Shown one piece after another: positions 55,409-64,000 of a stretch of DNA of 64,000 nucleotides. The DNA is taken from positions 1,632,001 to 1,696,000 of the forward strand of contig OZ242358.1 in the NCBI GenBank assembly GCA_965208835.1, written 5' to 3'. Position 1 is the first letter of the stretch. Every line of letters starts with the position of its first letter. The stretch is from Candidatus Latescibacterota bacterium. GTDB lineage: Bacteria > Latescibacterota > UBA2968 > GCA-2709665. Under the pieces are notes generated by a model. It was not told where the DNA came from, ran no database searches, and saw only the letters and a list, made by a program, of their open reading frames with translations. The translations under genes were made by a program, and so were the position numbers.

Positions 55409-58400
55409 TCATTCCCCGCGATCCAGGAGTGAATAGACGGTAGGGATGACGATGAGCGTGAGCGCGGTGGAACTGATCAGGCCGGCAACAACGGTAATGG
55501 CCATGGGCGTGCGGATTTCAGATCCCTCGCCCAGTCCCAGTGCCATGGGCAGGAGCCCCAGTACGGTGGTCGCGGTGGTCATCAGAATCGGGCGCAGCCG
55601 TACCGAGCCTGCCTGTATGATCGCGTCGGACTTGGATTGGCCGTTGGCGCGCAGATGGTTGATGTAATCGACAAAGACGATGGCGTTGTTCACGACGATT
55701 CCGGCCAGCATGATCAGACCGAGGAAAACCACGACGCTGAACGAAATGCCGGCTACGTAGAGCGTGAACAGAACGCCGATCAGGGCCAGCGGAATCGTAA
55801 AGATGATGACGAACGGATGGACGAAGGATTCAAACTGGGAGGCCATCACAATGTAGACCAGAAAGACCGCCAGACAGAGGGCGAAGATCAGGCTCTGCAG
55901 CGATGTCTCCATCTCGCGGTTCTGGCCGCCGATGACAAAGGACACGTCCGCCGGGATGTCGATTTCCTCCAGGGCCTTCTGGATCAGCCCTGTGGCGGTC
56001 CCAAGATCGATACCGGCGACATTTGCGGATATGAGCACTGCGCGTTGCTGGTCAATGCGCCGGATCTCGCTGGGGCCTTCCCGTACCTGTATGTCGGCAA
56101 CAGCGGAGAGGTAGATCGGGGCTTCGCCCTCGGGGTTGACAACGAGGCGTTTCAAGTCCGACACGCCCGACCGATCGGCCTCGTCCACGCGAACCAGTAC
56201 ATCGATGCGGCGGTCGGCCTCCCTGAACCGTGTGACCACGTCACCCTGCACTTTTTCCCTGACCAGTGTGGCAACGCTCCGCAGATTGAGGCCATAGGAA
56301 GCCAGCAGGTCCCTCCGGTAGACGATCTGTACTTCCGGATTCCCGCGCTGAAGGCTGGATTTGACATCGTACAGCCCGGGAATTCCGGAGAGGGCGCGTT
56401 CCACGTTCCGTCCCAGCCTCGCGAGGTTGTCCAGATTGTAGCCTCGAATCTCCAGCTCCACCGGTGTTTTGAATGTAAACAACGCAGGACGCGAAAAATC
56501 GACGGAGACCTGCGGGAGGTCGCCCAGACTGTCCCGTAACCGGGACATGAGATCTGCCTCGCGTCTCGCCAGAAAGGTGTCTCCGGAAATGCCCGCCCAC
56601 ACTCTCCCCGGTAAGTCCAGCCAGAATCGCCCCGGATCGCCGGCGCCGTTTGTGGTTTCGTCGGAAACGACAATCGTGACCCTGGAGGTATGTTCTCCCT
56701 GGTCTGAGGTGGAGATGGAGGTCTTGTCCACGCCCACGACGGTGGCAATGCGTGCAACGCCAGGTTCGTTCAGCACCTTCGACTCCACGTCGGAAACAGT
56801 CTCTTGGGTGAGTTCCAGGGGTGTGCCGACCGGCATGGAGAGTTCGAGATCGAATTCCCCGTGGTGAACGGCGGGAATGAGTTCACGGCCGATATTGGGT
56901 ACCAGGACGTACCAGCAGAGAACGAACGGCAGGATGGCCATGACAACGACGGCAAGGCGGTTCTGCAACGCCCACCGGATCGTGGCAGGATAGAGCCGGC
57001 TGATTGCGCCGAAGCCCCCTTCAAAGGCTCGAATGACGGGCGTAAGCAGCGGAAAGGCGATGGCTGCCACCAGAGCCACAACCGTCAATCCCGCCGGAAA
57101 GGTGATCATCAGAAGCAGGATCAGCAGTTTGCCCAACAGAGTAATCGACTGGAAGATGATGAATCGGAGGACGACGTAGACCGGCCCCAGCACGAAGAGC
57201 GAGCATATGAAGAGAACGCCCGCGACGGCTGCGGGAACCCGCGGGATAATGGCGAGACCCCTGCCGCGCAACGGCCATCGGCAGGTGCGCCTGGCAGCGT
57301 CGAGCGTCCATCGAACGCTGCCGGCGAGTCCTTCACCGAGCGCGACCGGCGCATTGAAAACCAACAGATCGTGCCAGATGGCATGGACGATACGGGACCC
57401 GAAGGGTGTCGGGTTTTCGCACCACGCACAGAGATCCCGCCAGGTATGGGCGGGTCGCTTCAGGATCTTCAGCACGAGGGCTGCGGCAGGGAAATACAGG
57501 ATTGGGGACAGGATTACGAGCGCGGCCTTCAGAGCGACGATGAGAAAAGCGAGCACAACCCAGAGCGTTCGCCAGATGAATTCGAAAACCAGCCAGGGCA
57601 CATAGACAACGGCCTTGAGCGCCAGGCCGGTGACGCGTTTCTGAGATCGATCCCCGGCAAGTTCCTTATGCCTGGCGAGCGACCTGAACTGCAGCAGTTC
57701 CGAGTTGAACATTTCGCCGACGGTCGAGCCCGTGTCACCGCTTCCGGGGCCGGCGATACGCAGCTGACGGGAAGCCAGCATCGGAATGAAGAAGAGTGCG
57801 ACGGCAAGTGACGCCACGAGCGAAAAGACCACGGTGAGAGACATATCGCCGAAAACCTGGCCGGCCACGCCTTCGACGAAGACAATCGGGAAGAAGACGG
57901 CGACCGTGGTAAGCGTGGATGCAAACACCGCGCCCCCGACTTCGCCGGTGCCCCGGACCGCTGCCGTAACGATGTCGTCGCCTTCTTCGCGGCATCGAAA
58001 GATACTCTCCAGGACGACGATCGAGTTGTCTACGAGCATTCCGATACCCAGCGCCATACCTCCCAGTGACATAATGTTCAGGGAGACGCCGAATATCTTC
58101 ATGGGAGCGAACGTCGCGACGATGGAAATGGGGATTGCCAGACTCACGATGCCGGTATGCGAGGGATTCCGCAGAAAGACATATAGAACCAGGATCGCGA
58201 GGATGCCGCCGACAACGGCCGTCTGTTTCACTTCATCGACAGATCGCTTGATAAACTGCGACTGGTCCGACAGTACTTCCACCTGCATTCCCGTCGGCAG
58301 CGAATAGAAGATGAAACTGGTCATTTCTTTTAGTTTGACGAACTGTCGTACCTGCGCGGCCCGGTCTGTGGCCTCGGCCTGTTTGATTTCTCCGGCTTCG

Positions 58401-59392
58401 AGTCGCTTCACGTAGGCCAGCTGTTCCGGAGTACCGAAAAGGCGGTCCCGCACCCGTTGTGACGTGGCGACGATGTTGGCGTCGGCTTCTTTAAAGATGT
58501 CGATCTCCACACTCTCCACGCCGTTGACACGGGTGATGATCTCTCGATCCTTGTGGCCGCGGACAACATCGCTGACGTCTTTCAGCCGGATGTCGGCTTC
58601 GTTTTTCTGTCCGATGACGAGGTCGCGAATTTCGTCTACCGTCCGGAACTCGTTCAGGGTGCGCACCATGTACTGGGTCTGGCCGTCCAACAGGCTGCCG
58701 CCGGCGAGGTTGACGTTTTCTTCGCGAAGACGCCGGTTGATGTCGCCGATGCTTAGCCCCATCAGGGCGAGTTGCCGTTCGTTGATTTCCACGCGGATTT
58801 CCTCTTCCAGGCCCCCGTGCACCCTGGCTGCTGCCACCCCTTTCATCGCTTCCAGCGCCTGCTTGATTTCTTCCTCGGCGATGAGCCTCAGCGCATACAG
58901 ATCGGCATCGCCGTAGAGACCGATACGCATGATGGGATCCTGCGTGGGATCGTAACGCAGAATCAGCGGTTTGTTTACGCCCCGGGGCATGTTCAGACGG
59001 TCCAGGTTCTCCCGCACCGTCTGAACCGCGTCGTTCATGTCCGTGTCCCAGCCAAATTCAAGGATGACGTCCGACATCCCCGCCCGGGAGATTGAAACGA
59101 TGCTGGCCAGATTGTTGACAACCCCCAGCCGTTGTTCTATCTGCCGCGAAATGAGGTTTTCGACTTCTTCGGGCGCGGTATCGGGATAATCCGTGCGGAT
59201 CGTGAGGGTGGGATAGGCGATGTCCGGCATCAGGGTGAGCGGCAGCTGCTGGTAGGAGATGTAACCGAAGACCGCGACAGCGAGGACGACCATAAAAATG
59301 GCCACCGGCCTGCGGGTGGTTATTTCGAACGTGCGGGAGATCTGTTCCCGGGTGCTGGAGAGGGGATTTCGTGAAGTGGTATCGTCGTCCAT
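55409..59392 (-). CDS. RND (AcrB/AcrD/AcrF-type) efflux permease with large hydrophobic insertion
   Basis: RRPVA, GMLVDNSIVVLE, ASTLTT, GIVVNNAIV, RLRPILMT; about 1330 aa. Confidence 0.92.
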   Translation of the reverse strand: MDDDTTSRNPLSSTREQISRTFEITTRRPVAIFMVVLAVAVFGYISYQQLPLTLMPDIAYPTLTIRTDYPDTAPEEVENLISRQIEQRLGVVNNLASIVSISRAGMSDVILEFGWDTDMNDAVQTVRENLDRLNMPRGVNKPLILRYDPTQDPIMRIGLYGDADLYALRLIAEEEIKQALEAMKGVAAARVHGGLEEEIRVEINERQLALMGLSIGDINRRLREENVNLAGGSLLDGQTQYMVRTLNEFRTVDEIRDLVIGQKNEADIRLKDVSDVVRGHKDREIITRVNGVESVEIDIFKEADANIVATSQRVRDRLFGTPEQLAYVKRLEAGEIKQAEATDRAAQVRQFVKLKEMTSFIFYSLPTGMQVEVLSDQSQFIKRSVDEVKQTAVVGGILAILVLYVFLRNPSHTGIVSLAIPISIVATFAPMKIFGVSLNIMSLGGMALGIGMLVDNSIVVLESIFRCREEGDDIVTAAVRGTGEVGGAVFASTLTTVAVFFPIVFVEGVAGQVFGDMSLTVVFSLVASLAVALFFIPMLASRQLRIAGPGSGDTGSTVGEMFNSELLQFRSLARHKELAGDRSQKRVTGLALKAVVYVPWLVFEFIWRTLWVVLAFLIVALKAALVILSPILYFPAAALVLKILKRPAHTWRDLCAWCENPTPFGSRIVHAIWHDLLVFNAPVALGEGLAGSVRWTLDAARRTCRWPLRGRGLAIIPRVPAAVAGVLFICSLFVLGPVYVVLRFIIFQSITLLGKLLILLLMITFPAGLTVVALVAAIAFPLLTPVIRAFEGGFGAISRLYPATIRWALQNRLAVVVMAILPFVLCWYVLVPNIGRELIPAVHHGEFDLELSMPVGTPLELTQETVSDVESKVLNEPGVARIATVVGVDKTSISTSDQGEHTSRVTIVVSDETTNGAGDPGRFWLDLPGRVWAGISGDTFLARREADLMSRLRDSLGDLPQVSVDFSRPALFTFKTPVELEIRGYNLDNLARLGRNVERALSGIPGLYDVKSSLQRGNPEVQIVYRRDLLASYGLNLRSVATLVREKVQGDVVTRFREADRRIDVLVRVDEADRSGVSDLKRLVVNPEGEAPIYLSAVADIQVREGPSEIRRIDQQRAVLISANVAGIDLGTATGLIQKALEEIDIPADVSFVIGGQNREMETSLQSLIFALCLAVFLVYIVMASQFESFVHPFVIIFTIPLALIGVLFTLYVAGISFSVVVFLGLIMLAGIVVNNAIVFVDYINHLRANGQSKSDAIIQAGSVRLRPILMTTATTVLGLLPMALGLGEGSEIRTPMAITVVAGLISSTALTLIVIPTVYSLLDRGE

Positions 59393-59455
59393 TTCTTCCT
59401 GGTCCTGAATCAGCCGCATCGACAAGCGGTCGGCGCGTTGTAATTGTTCAGGGGC

Positions 59456-60643
59456 CTAGCCCGGGGATTCCTGCGGTTCCTGCTCTGTGGTATCCGGTTT
59501 GGCAGGAATGCGCAGACCCTTGCCTTCGATCACCCGCACCCTGGCCTGGTCCTTGAGGCCGTTCTGGCCCACGACCACGATGCTGTCGCCCGGCGATACG
59601 CCGCTGAGGACTTCCCAGTTTTGTGTGTCTTCAAAACCCAGGTCGAGTTGAATCTTCCGTGCGGTGCTGTCCTGGACGACGAATACGTGTGGATAGCCGT
59701 CATCGTAGACAACGGCGCGTTTGGGGACCAGCATGGCCTGATCGTGCGTGGCGGTGACGATATTCGTCTTGACGAACAAACCGGGACGCAACTTTCTCTC
59801 CGCATCGTCGATGGCCAGCGTGACCCTGAAGGTGCCGCTGTTGGGATCGACAACCGGACTGATGCGAATGATGCGGCCCGGGAAATCGAGATCGGGCAGA
59901 ATATTCGTTGTGATGCGCGCCGGCTGGCCGACAGAGATATTGGGCAGTTCTGTACCGGGTATGTGCGCTCTGGATATGAGACTCTTCATGTTGACCAGAA
60001 CATAGAGCTTGGTTGCCGGTCCGATCCTGTCGCCAAGCTTGACCATCCGTTCGGCCACGACCCCGGATATCGGAGATCGGACCGATGCATGGTCCAGATC
60101 CAGCTGAGCACGCTGCCACCGAACCCGGGCCTGTTCCAGGTCGAATTTGCCACGTTCGTAGTCTTCCTTGGAGAGCAGTTTTCTCGAAAAAATCTCCTCT
60201 TGGCGCTTGAAGTTGCTCTCCAGCTTGAGGTAAGCGATTTTGGCTTCCGCCTCGGCGAGCTTGAGCTGGTGGTCGACCAGGTGAACAAGGACCTGATCCA
60301 CTTTGATCCGATCGCCTTCTTCGGCCAGCACGCGCTTCACGAGCCCGGATCCGTGGGCGTAAACGTCCACCGTCTCTTCGGCCTCTATCTTGCCATTGTA
60401 TTCCACGTATGAGGAAATCGAACCCTGCCGAACGCGGTGGACCTTTACCGGTACGCCCTCCGGAGTCTTCTTCTCCTTTTTCTTCGCGGCCGCCGTCGTG
60501 TCGACCGCCGTCGAGTCGACTTTCGTTGAATCGGCCGCGGCTTCAGATTTGTCCTGTTCGCCGGATTTACCGCCACCGCACCCCGCGAATGCCCAAACTG
60601 CAGAAACCAATGCCAGTACAGCCAGGCACCTCTTAATGTGCAT
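59456..60643 (-). CDS. RND periplasmic adaptor (MFP) lipoprotein
   Basis: Lipobox FAGC, VRSPISGVV, LRPGLFV, LVPKRAV. Confidence 0.9.
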   Translation of the reverse strand: MHIKRCLAVLALVSAVWAFAGCGGGKSGEQDKSEAAADSTKVDSTAVDTTAAAKKKEKKTPEGVPVKVHRVRQGSISSYVEYNGKIEAEETVDVYAHGSGLVKRVLAEEGDRIKVDQVLVHLVDHQLKLAEAEAKIAYLKLESNFKRQEEIFSRKLLSKEDYERGKFDLEQARVRWQRAQLDLDHASVRSPISGVVAERMVKLGDRIGPATKLYVLVNMKSLISRAHIPGTELPNISVGQPARITTNILPDLDFPGRIIRISPVVDPNSGTFRVTLAIDDAERKLRPGLFVKTNIVTATHDQAMLVPKRAVVYDDGYPHVFVVQDSTARKIQLDLGFEDTQNWEVLSGVSPGDSIVVVGQNGLKDQARVRVIEGKGLRIPAKPDTTEQEPQESPG

Positions 60644-60815
60644 TACCGTCATCCGTACATCCTTACCGTGCGATAGGTGGACAAACCGGAAGTATCTGAA
60701 ATAGGGATCATCGTTCGCGGGTCACGCGTCTGTTGCGCCGAACCTGCGGGATATGTCGTCCCCGGGGTGAAATTTCCCACAATCTTTGACTCCCCAGTCC
60801 GCCCGGATGTTTCGC

Positions 60816-60862
60816 AAAAAAGCCGCTGGGCCGCCATTTATGCGACGGCCCAGACGTGCGGC
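60816..60862 (-). terminator. Putative terminator after second Mrp gene
   Basis: Minus strand gccgc..ctgggccg/cggcccag..gcggc + T6. Confidence 0.55.
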
Positions 60863-60882
60863 ATTCCGGCGCTTTGGTTAAA

Positions 60883-61677
60883 TCAACCTTCCACGGCAGC
60901 TCTGACGCTGGATGCAACTTCGTTGTAACTTCTGGAGATCGGGGAATCCGGGTCGGCGGCCGTGATCGGGGTGCCGGTATCTCCACCTCTGCGTATCCGC
61001 GTATCCAGAGGGATTTCACCCAGTAGCGGCACACTGTATTCAGCAGCCATCTTTCTGCCGCCGCCCTGTCCGAAGATATCGGTACGGGCATTGCAGTTGC
61101 CGCATATATACGTGCTCATGTTTTCAACGATTCCGATAACGGGTACGTCGACGGTGTTGAACATCTGGATGCCGCGTCGCACGTCCTCCAGCGCCACGGA
61201 TTGGGGTGTTGTCACAATCACGGCGCCGTCTAGGCGCGCGGACTGAATCAGGGTCAGCTGTACATCGCCCGTCCCGGGCGGCAGATCGATGACGAGAAAG
61301 TCCAGAGGCGCCCACGCAACGTCCCGGAGGAATTGCATCACCATCTTGGCCAGCATTGGACCTCGCCAAATCACCGGCGCTCCCGCTTCGGTGATGAGAC
61401 CGAGGGAGATCATTTTTACATTGTGACGTTCGAGAGGAAGAATCCCGCCGTTCGCATCCATGCCCGGTGCTTCGTTCACGCCCATCATGATCGGAACATT
61501 CGGACCGTAGATGTCCGCGTCCATCAGACCCACCGCGGCGCCCTGCGCGGCCAGCGCAACACAAAGATTGGCGGCCGTGGTGGACTTCCCCACGCCGCCC
61601 TTGCCGCTTGCAACGGCGATCAGGTGCCTGACACCCGGAATGGGCGCGGGTCTTGGGATGTTTGCGGGCCTGTTCAA
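60883..61677 (-). CDS. Second Mrp/ApbC Fe-S carrier ATPase
   Basis: ASGKGGVGKS, DADIYGPN, WRGP, DLPPGTGD, CGNC; TTG start behind GAGGAG. Confidence 0.92.
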   Translation of the reverse strand: MNRPANIPRPAPIPGVRHLIAVASGKGGVGKSTTAANLCVALAAQGAAVGLMDADIYGPNVPIMMGVNEAPGMDANGGILPLERHNVKMISLGLITEAGAPVIWRGPMLAKMVMQFLRDVAWAPLDFLVIDLPPGTGDVQLTLIQSARLDGAVIVTTPQSVALEDVRRGIQMFNTVDVPVIGIVENMSTYICGNCNARTDIFGQGGGRKMAAEYSVPLLGEIPLDTRIRRGGDTGTPITAADPDSPISRSYNEVASSVRAAVEG

Positions 61678-61714
61678 GACAGGGACTCCTCGGAACGGGC
61701 GGCGAGTAGCGTAT

Positions 61715-62839
61715 TCAATCCGGCTGTTTGCGGCTGCTGCGGACGCAATCGGCGAGAATGGGTATACCCGTACGAATATCGTCGTGTGTTGCAAATCCGA
61801 ACGCGAGCCTTATGTACGGTACATCCATATTCGATACGTGGAAGGCTTTGCCGGGCGCATAGTCAACACCCACCGACTCCGCAAGCTGCTCACACGCAAC
61901 GGTGTCGGTGACGTCGGGCAACTTGACCCAGATAAAGAGACCGCCCCTGGGCCGGCTGAACCACTCGAATGCGTCCGGGAAGCGCGACAGCATTTCAAAC
62001 ATCAGATCGCGTTTTTTCCTGACGATCGCGTTGATTCTATCCACGTGCGGCCGGAGTTCCTCTCTGAAATACTCGTAGACGATGGCCGCGCTGAGCGCGC
62101 TTGTGCCTCCGTCGCGCCGATACTGAAGAATGGGGTCGAGGAGATCTCGAGGCGCCGCCAGATAGCCCAGACGGATCCCCGGGCCGAGGATTTTGGACAG
62201 GGATTCTATGTGAATCACCTGCGTATCGTGCTCGAGTGTCCAGAGGGCGGGTTCGTGATGGTCTTCGTAGACGGTGTCGGCGTAGCAGTGGTCTTCAACC
62301 ACAGGTATCGCGTAACGGCCTGCGATGTCCAGCAGTTCACGGCGCCGGCCGAGCGGCATGATTGAACCCGTGGGGTTCTGATAGGTTACCAGGGTGTAGA
62401 TGAATTTTGGCTTTTTGTTCCTTGATACAAGCCGGTCCAGCGTTCCTTCCAGGGCGTCCATCCGCATGCCATGGTCGTCCAGCGGGATGCCCACGAGTTC
62501 GGCCTTTTCCTTGCGGTATGCGCTCAGGGTGCCCGAATAGGAGTATTCCTCGAGCACAATCACGTCGCCGGGCGACTCGACGAATACCTGGGCCATCAGC
62601 GTAACCGCCTGCATTGAGCCCGTGGTAAGCACAATCTGGTCGACCGGCAGCGCAACGCCTTCCCGTTGGGCGAATCTCCGGGACATGAGCTTCCGGAGCG
62701 GTTCGTACCCCAACGAACCGGGATAACACGCCAGTTCATCGCCCAGCTCAGGCAGAATGCGCATTGCGGCTTCGGCCAGACCTCGATTGGGGAAGGAGGC
62801 CGGGTCGGGGCGGCCGCTGCCAAAGGGAAATGTCTTCAC
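61715..62839 (-). CDS. Class I/II PLP-dependent aminotransferase (LysN/MocR-like, no HTH)
   Basis: GRPDP, TTGSMQA, YQNPTG, EDHCY, SLSKILGPGIRLGY. Confidence 0.9.
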   Translation of the reverse strand: MKTFPFGSGRPDPASFPNRGLAEAAMRILPELGDELACYPGSLGYEPLRKLMSRRFAQREGVALPVDQIVLTTGSMQAVTLMAQVFVESPGDVIVLEEYSYSGTLSAYRKEKAELVGIPLDDHGMRMDALEGTLDRLVSRNKKPKFIYTLVTYQNPTGSIMPLGRRRELLDIAGRYAIPVVEDHCYADTVYEDHHEPALWTLEHDTQVIHIESLSKILGPGIRLGYLAAPRDLLDPILQYRRDGGTSALSAAIVYEYFREELRPHVDRINAIVRKKRDLMFEMLSRFPDAFEWFSRPRGGLFIWVKLPDVTDTVACEQLAESVGVDYAPGKAFHVSNMDVPYIRLAFGFATHDDIRTGIPILADCVRSSRKQPD

Positions 62840-62934
62840 TCCGTAGTCACATCCTTATCGATCGGTCAGCCGGTACCGGATGTTCAGGTCGCGTCGGCAT
62901 CCGCATTTGGTTCGTACGCAATCGGCAGCGCTCA

Positions 62935-63091
62935 AGTGTCCTGTCCCAAAAATACCTCACCATTCTACCGCCAATTCATCCCGTCTCGCGGCGTTGGGCC
63001 GACCTTACGCAGGTTGCCTGCCCTCTGGCGCCTTGCGAGCCAGGCGACTCGGCGGCCAAATTCAGGCAACTTATTTCCGGGACAGAACACT
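62935..63091. mobile_element. MITE family D (157 bp)
   Basis: TIR agtgtcctgtcccaaaaata / tatttccgggacagaacact; right end overlaps the ggt TAG stop. Confidence 0.75.
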
Positions 63092-64000
63092 AGATCCCTC
63101 TTTCCTTGCCCCGGATTCTGGGGTCGAGCGTGGCGAGAAGCTCGTCGTCTTCCGTGATTTCAATTGCCCGGACATTGGCCGCCGCACTCCCCTTGCCGAG
63201 TGTGTACCTGACTTCCGACTTCAGGTATTGGGGCGCGATTTCTCCAAATCCTTCTTCGACCGTGACCCATTCGTTGCCTTCGGAGTGCACTCTGGGCGCG
63301 CTGACCGCCCAGTCCAGGTCCTCTTCGAGCACCAGTCGCCTCGTGAGCACCTGAAACAGGGAGGACGGGATGCGGGTTCCACCCGATGCGCCGAGGGTCA
63401 TCATTGGCTCGCCGTCGCTCATGATGAGCATCGGGCACATATTGTTGACGGGCGATTTGCCCGCGTCCACCGAGTTGGGCAGTCCGGAACCGGGATCGAA
63501 ACGGGACATGCCGGCGTTCATGATGAGCCCCATCCTGGGAATGGTAATAAATGAGCCGAAGCCCGGGCCGTGGGTCAGGGTGAGGGAAGCCATATTGCGG
63601 TCGCGGTCTACAACCGAGATGTGGGTCGTTCCGCCGTACGAAAGCGGACGCAACAGCGCCTGCCCGCGCGTACCCTCCGACACATGATCGGCGATTTCGC
63701 GGCCTGTCGCTCCGACCTGGACATCCGAAGTCAGGGTCTCAAGCGGCACCTTGACGAAACGGGGATCGCCGTAGTGCCTGTACCGGTCCAGCCAGGCGGC
63801 ACGAATGGTTTCGGTCAGCCCGTGGGCGAGACGCGCGGCGTCGCGCGCCCAGAGGTCCAGTTCCGCTACTTCGGCGACGCGACACATTTGAAGTACGGAG
63901 AGGCCGCTGGAACACAGGGGTGGGGTGTACAGGTCGTAGCCCAGACAGGAGGCGTGGAGGGGTTCGACGTGGCTGGGATGATAGTCCGCGAAGTCATCTT
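63090..64000 (-). CDS. ggt: Gamma-glutamyltransferase family protein, 5'-truncated by window edge
   Basis: DDFADY...YTPP, autoprocessing TTHISVVD, GASGGTRI, APRVH, DPR. Confidence 0.9.
   Translation of the reverse strand, partial: DDFADYHPSHVEPLHASCLGYDLYTPPLCSSGLSVLQMCRVAEVAELDLWARDAARLAHGLTETIRAAWLDRYRHYGDPRFVKVPLETLTSDVQVGATGREIADHVSEGTRGQALLRPLSYGGTTHISVVDRDRNMASLTLTHGPGFGSFITIPRMGLIMNAGMSRFDPGSGLPNSVDAGKSPVNNMCPMLIMSDGEPMMTLGASGGTRIPSSLFQVLTRRLVLEEDLDWAVSAPRVHSEGNEWVTVEEGFGEIAPQYLKSEVRYTLGKGSAAANVRAIEITEDDELLATLDPRIRGKERGI

Overview
GC-rich bacterial chromosomal window (gene content and protein style suggest an uncultured Latescibacterota/Gemmatimonadota-like lineage; this is inference only). 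It is mostly core genome: 3' end of groEL, moeZ-apbC-iscS, ftsY, parAB, ppdK, tRNA-Lys(TTT), rpsT, purD/purE, dapA/dapB, pckG, ispH, dut, hflX, a TolC-RND-MFP pump and a partial ggt. Notable items: (1) a sulfur-carrier (CysO/CysM/Mec/MoeZ-type) cysteine pathway with cysH, a CymR-like Rrf2 regulator and cysK, in which the carrier ends GG-Arg-Cys and the MoeZ rhodanese lacks its catalytic Cys; (2) a higBA module flanked by 31-bp direct repeats and placed between a promoter and cysM; (3) a lysine riboswitch ahead of dapA-pckG-dapB and a double-length transaldolase-like gene; (4) an uncharacterised four-gene operon containing an M28/DUF4910-like + AAC(3)-acetyltransferase fusion; (5) many non-autonomous repeats: four MITE-like families, GTAG REPs, nested palindromes and 7/8-mer arrays, several abutting stop codons. 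No CRISPR array, rRNA, transposase or integrase was seen.
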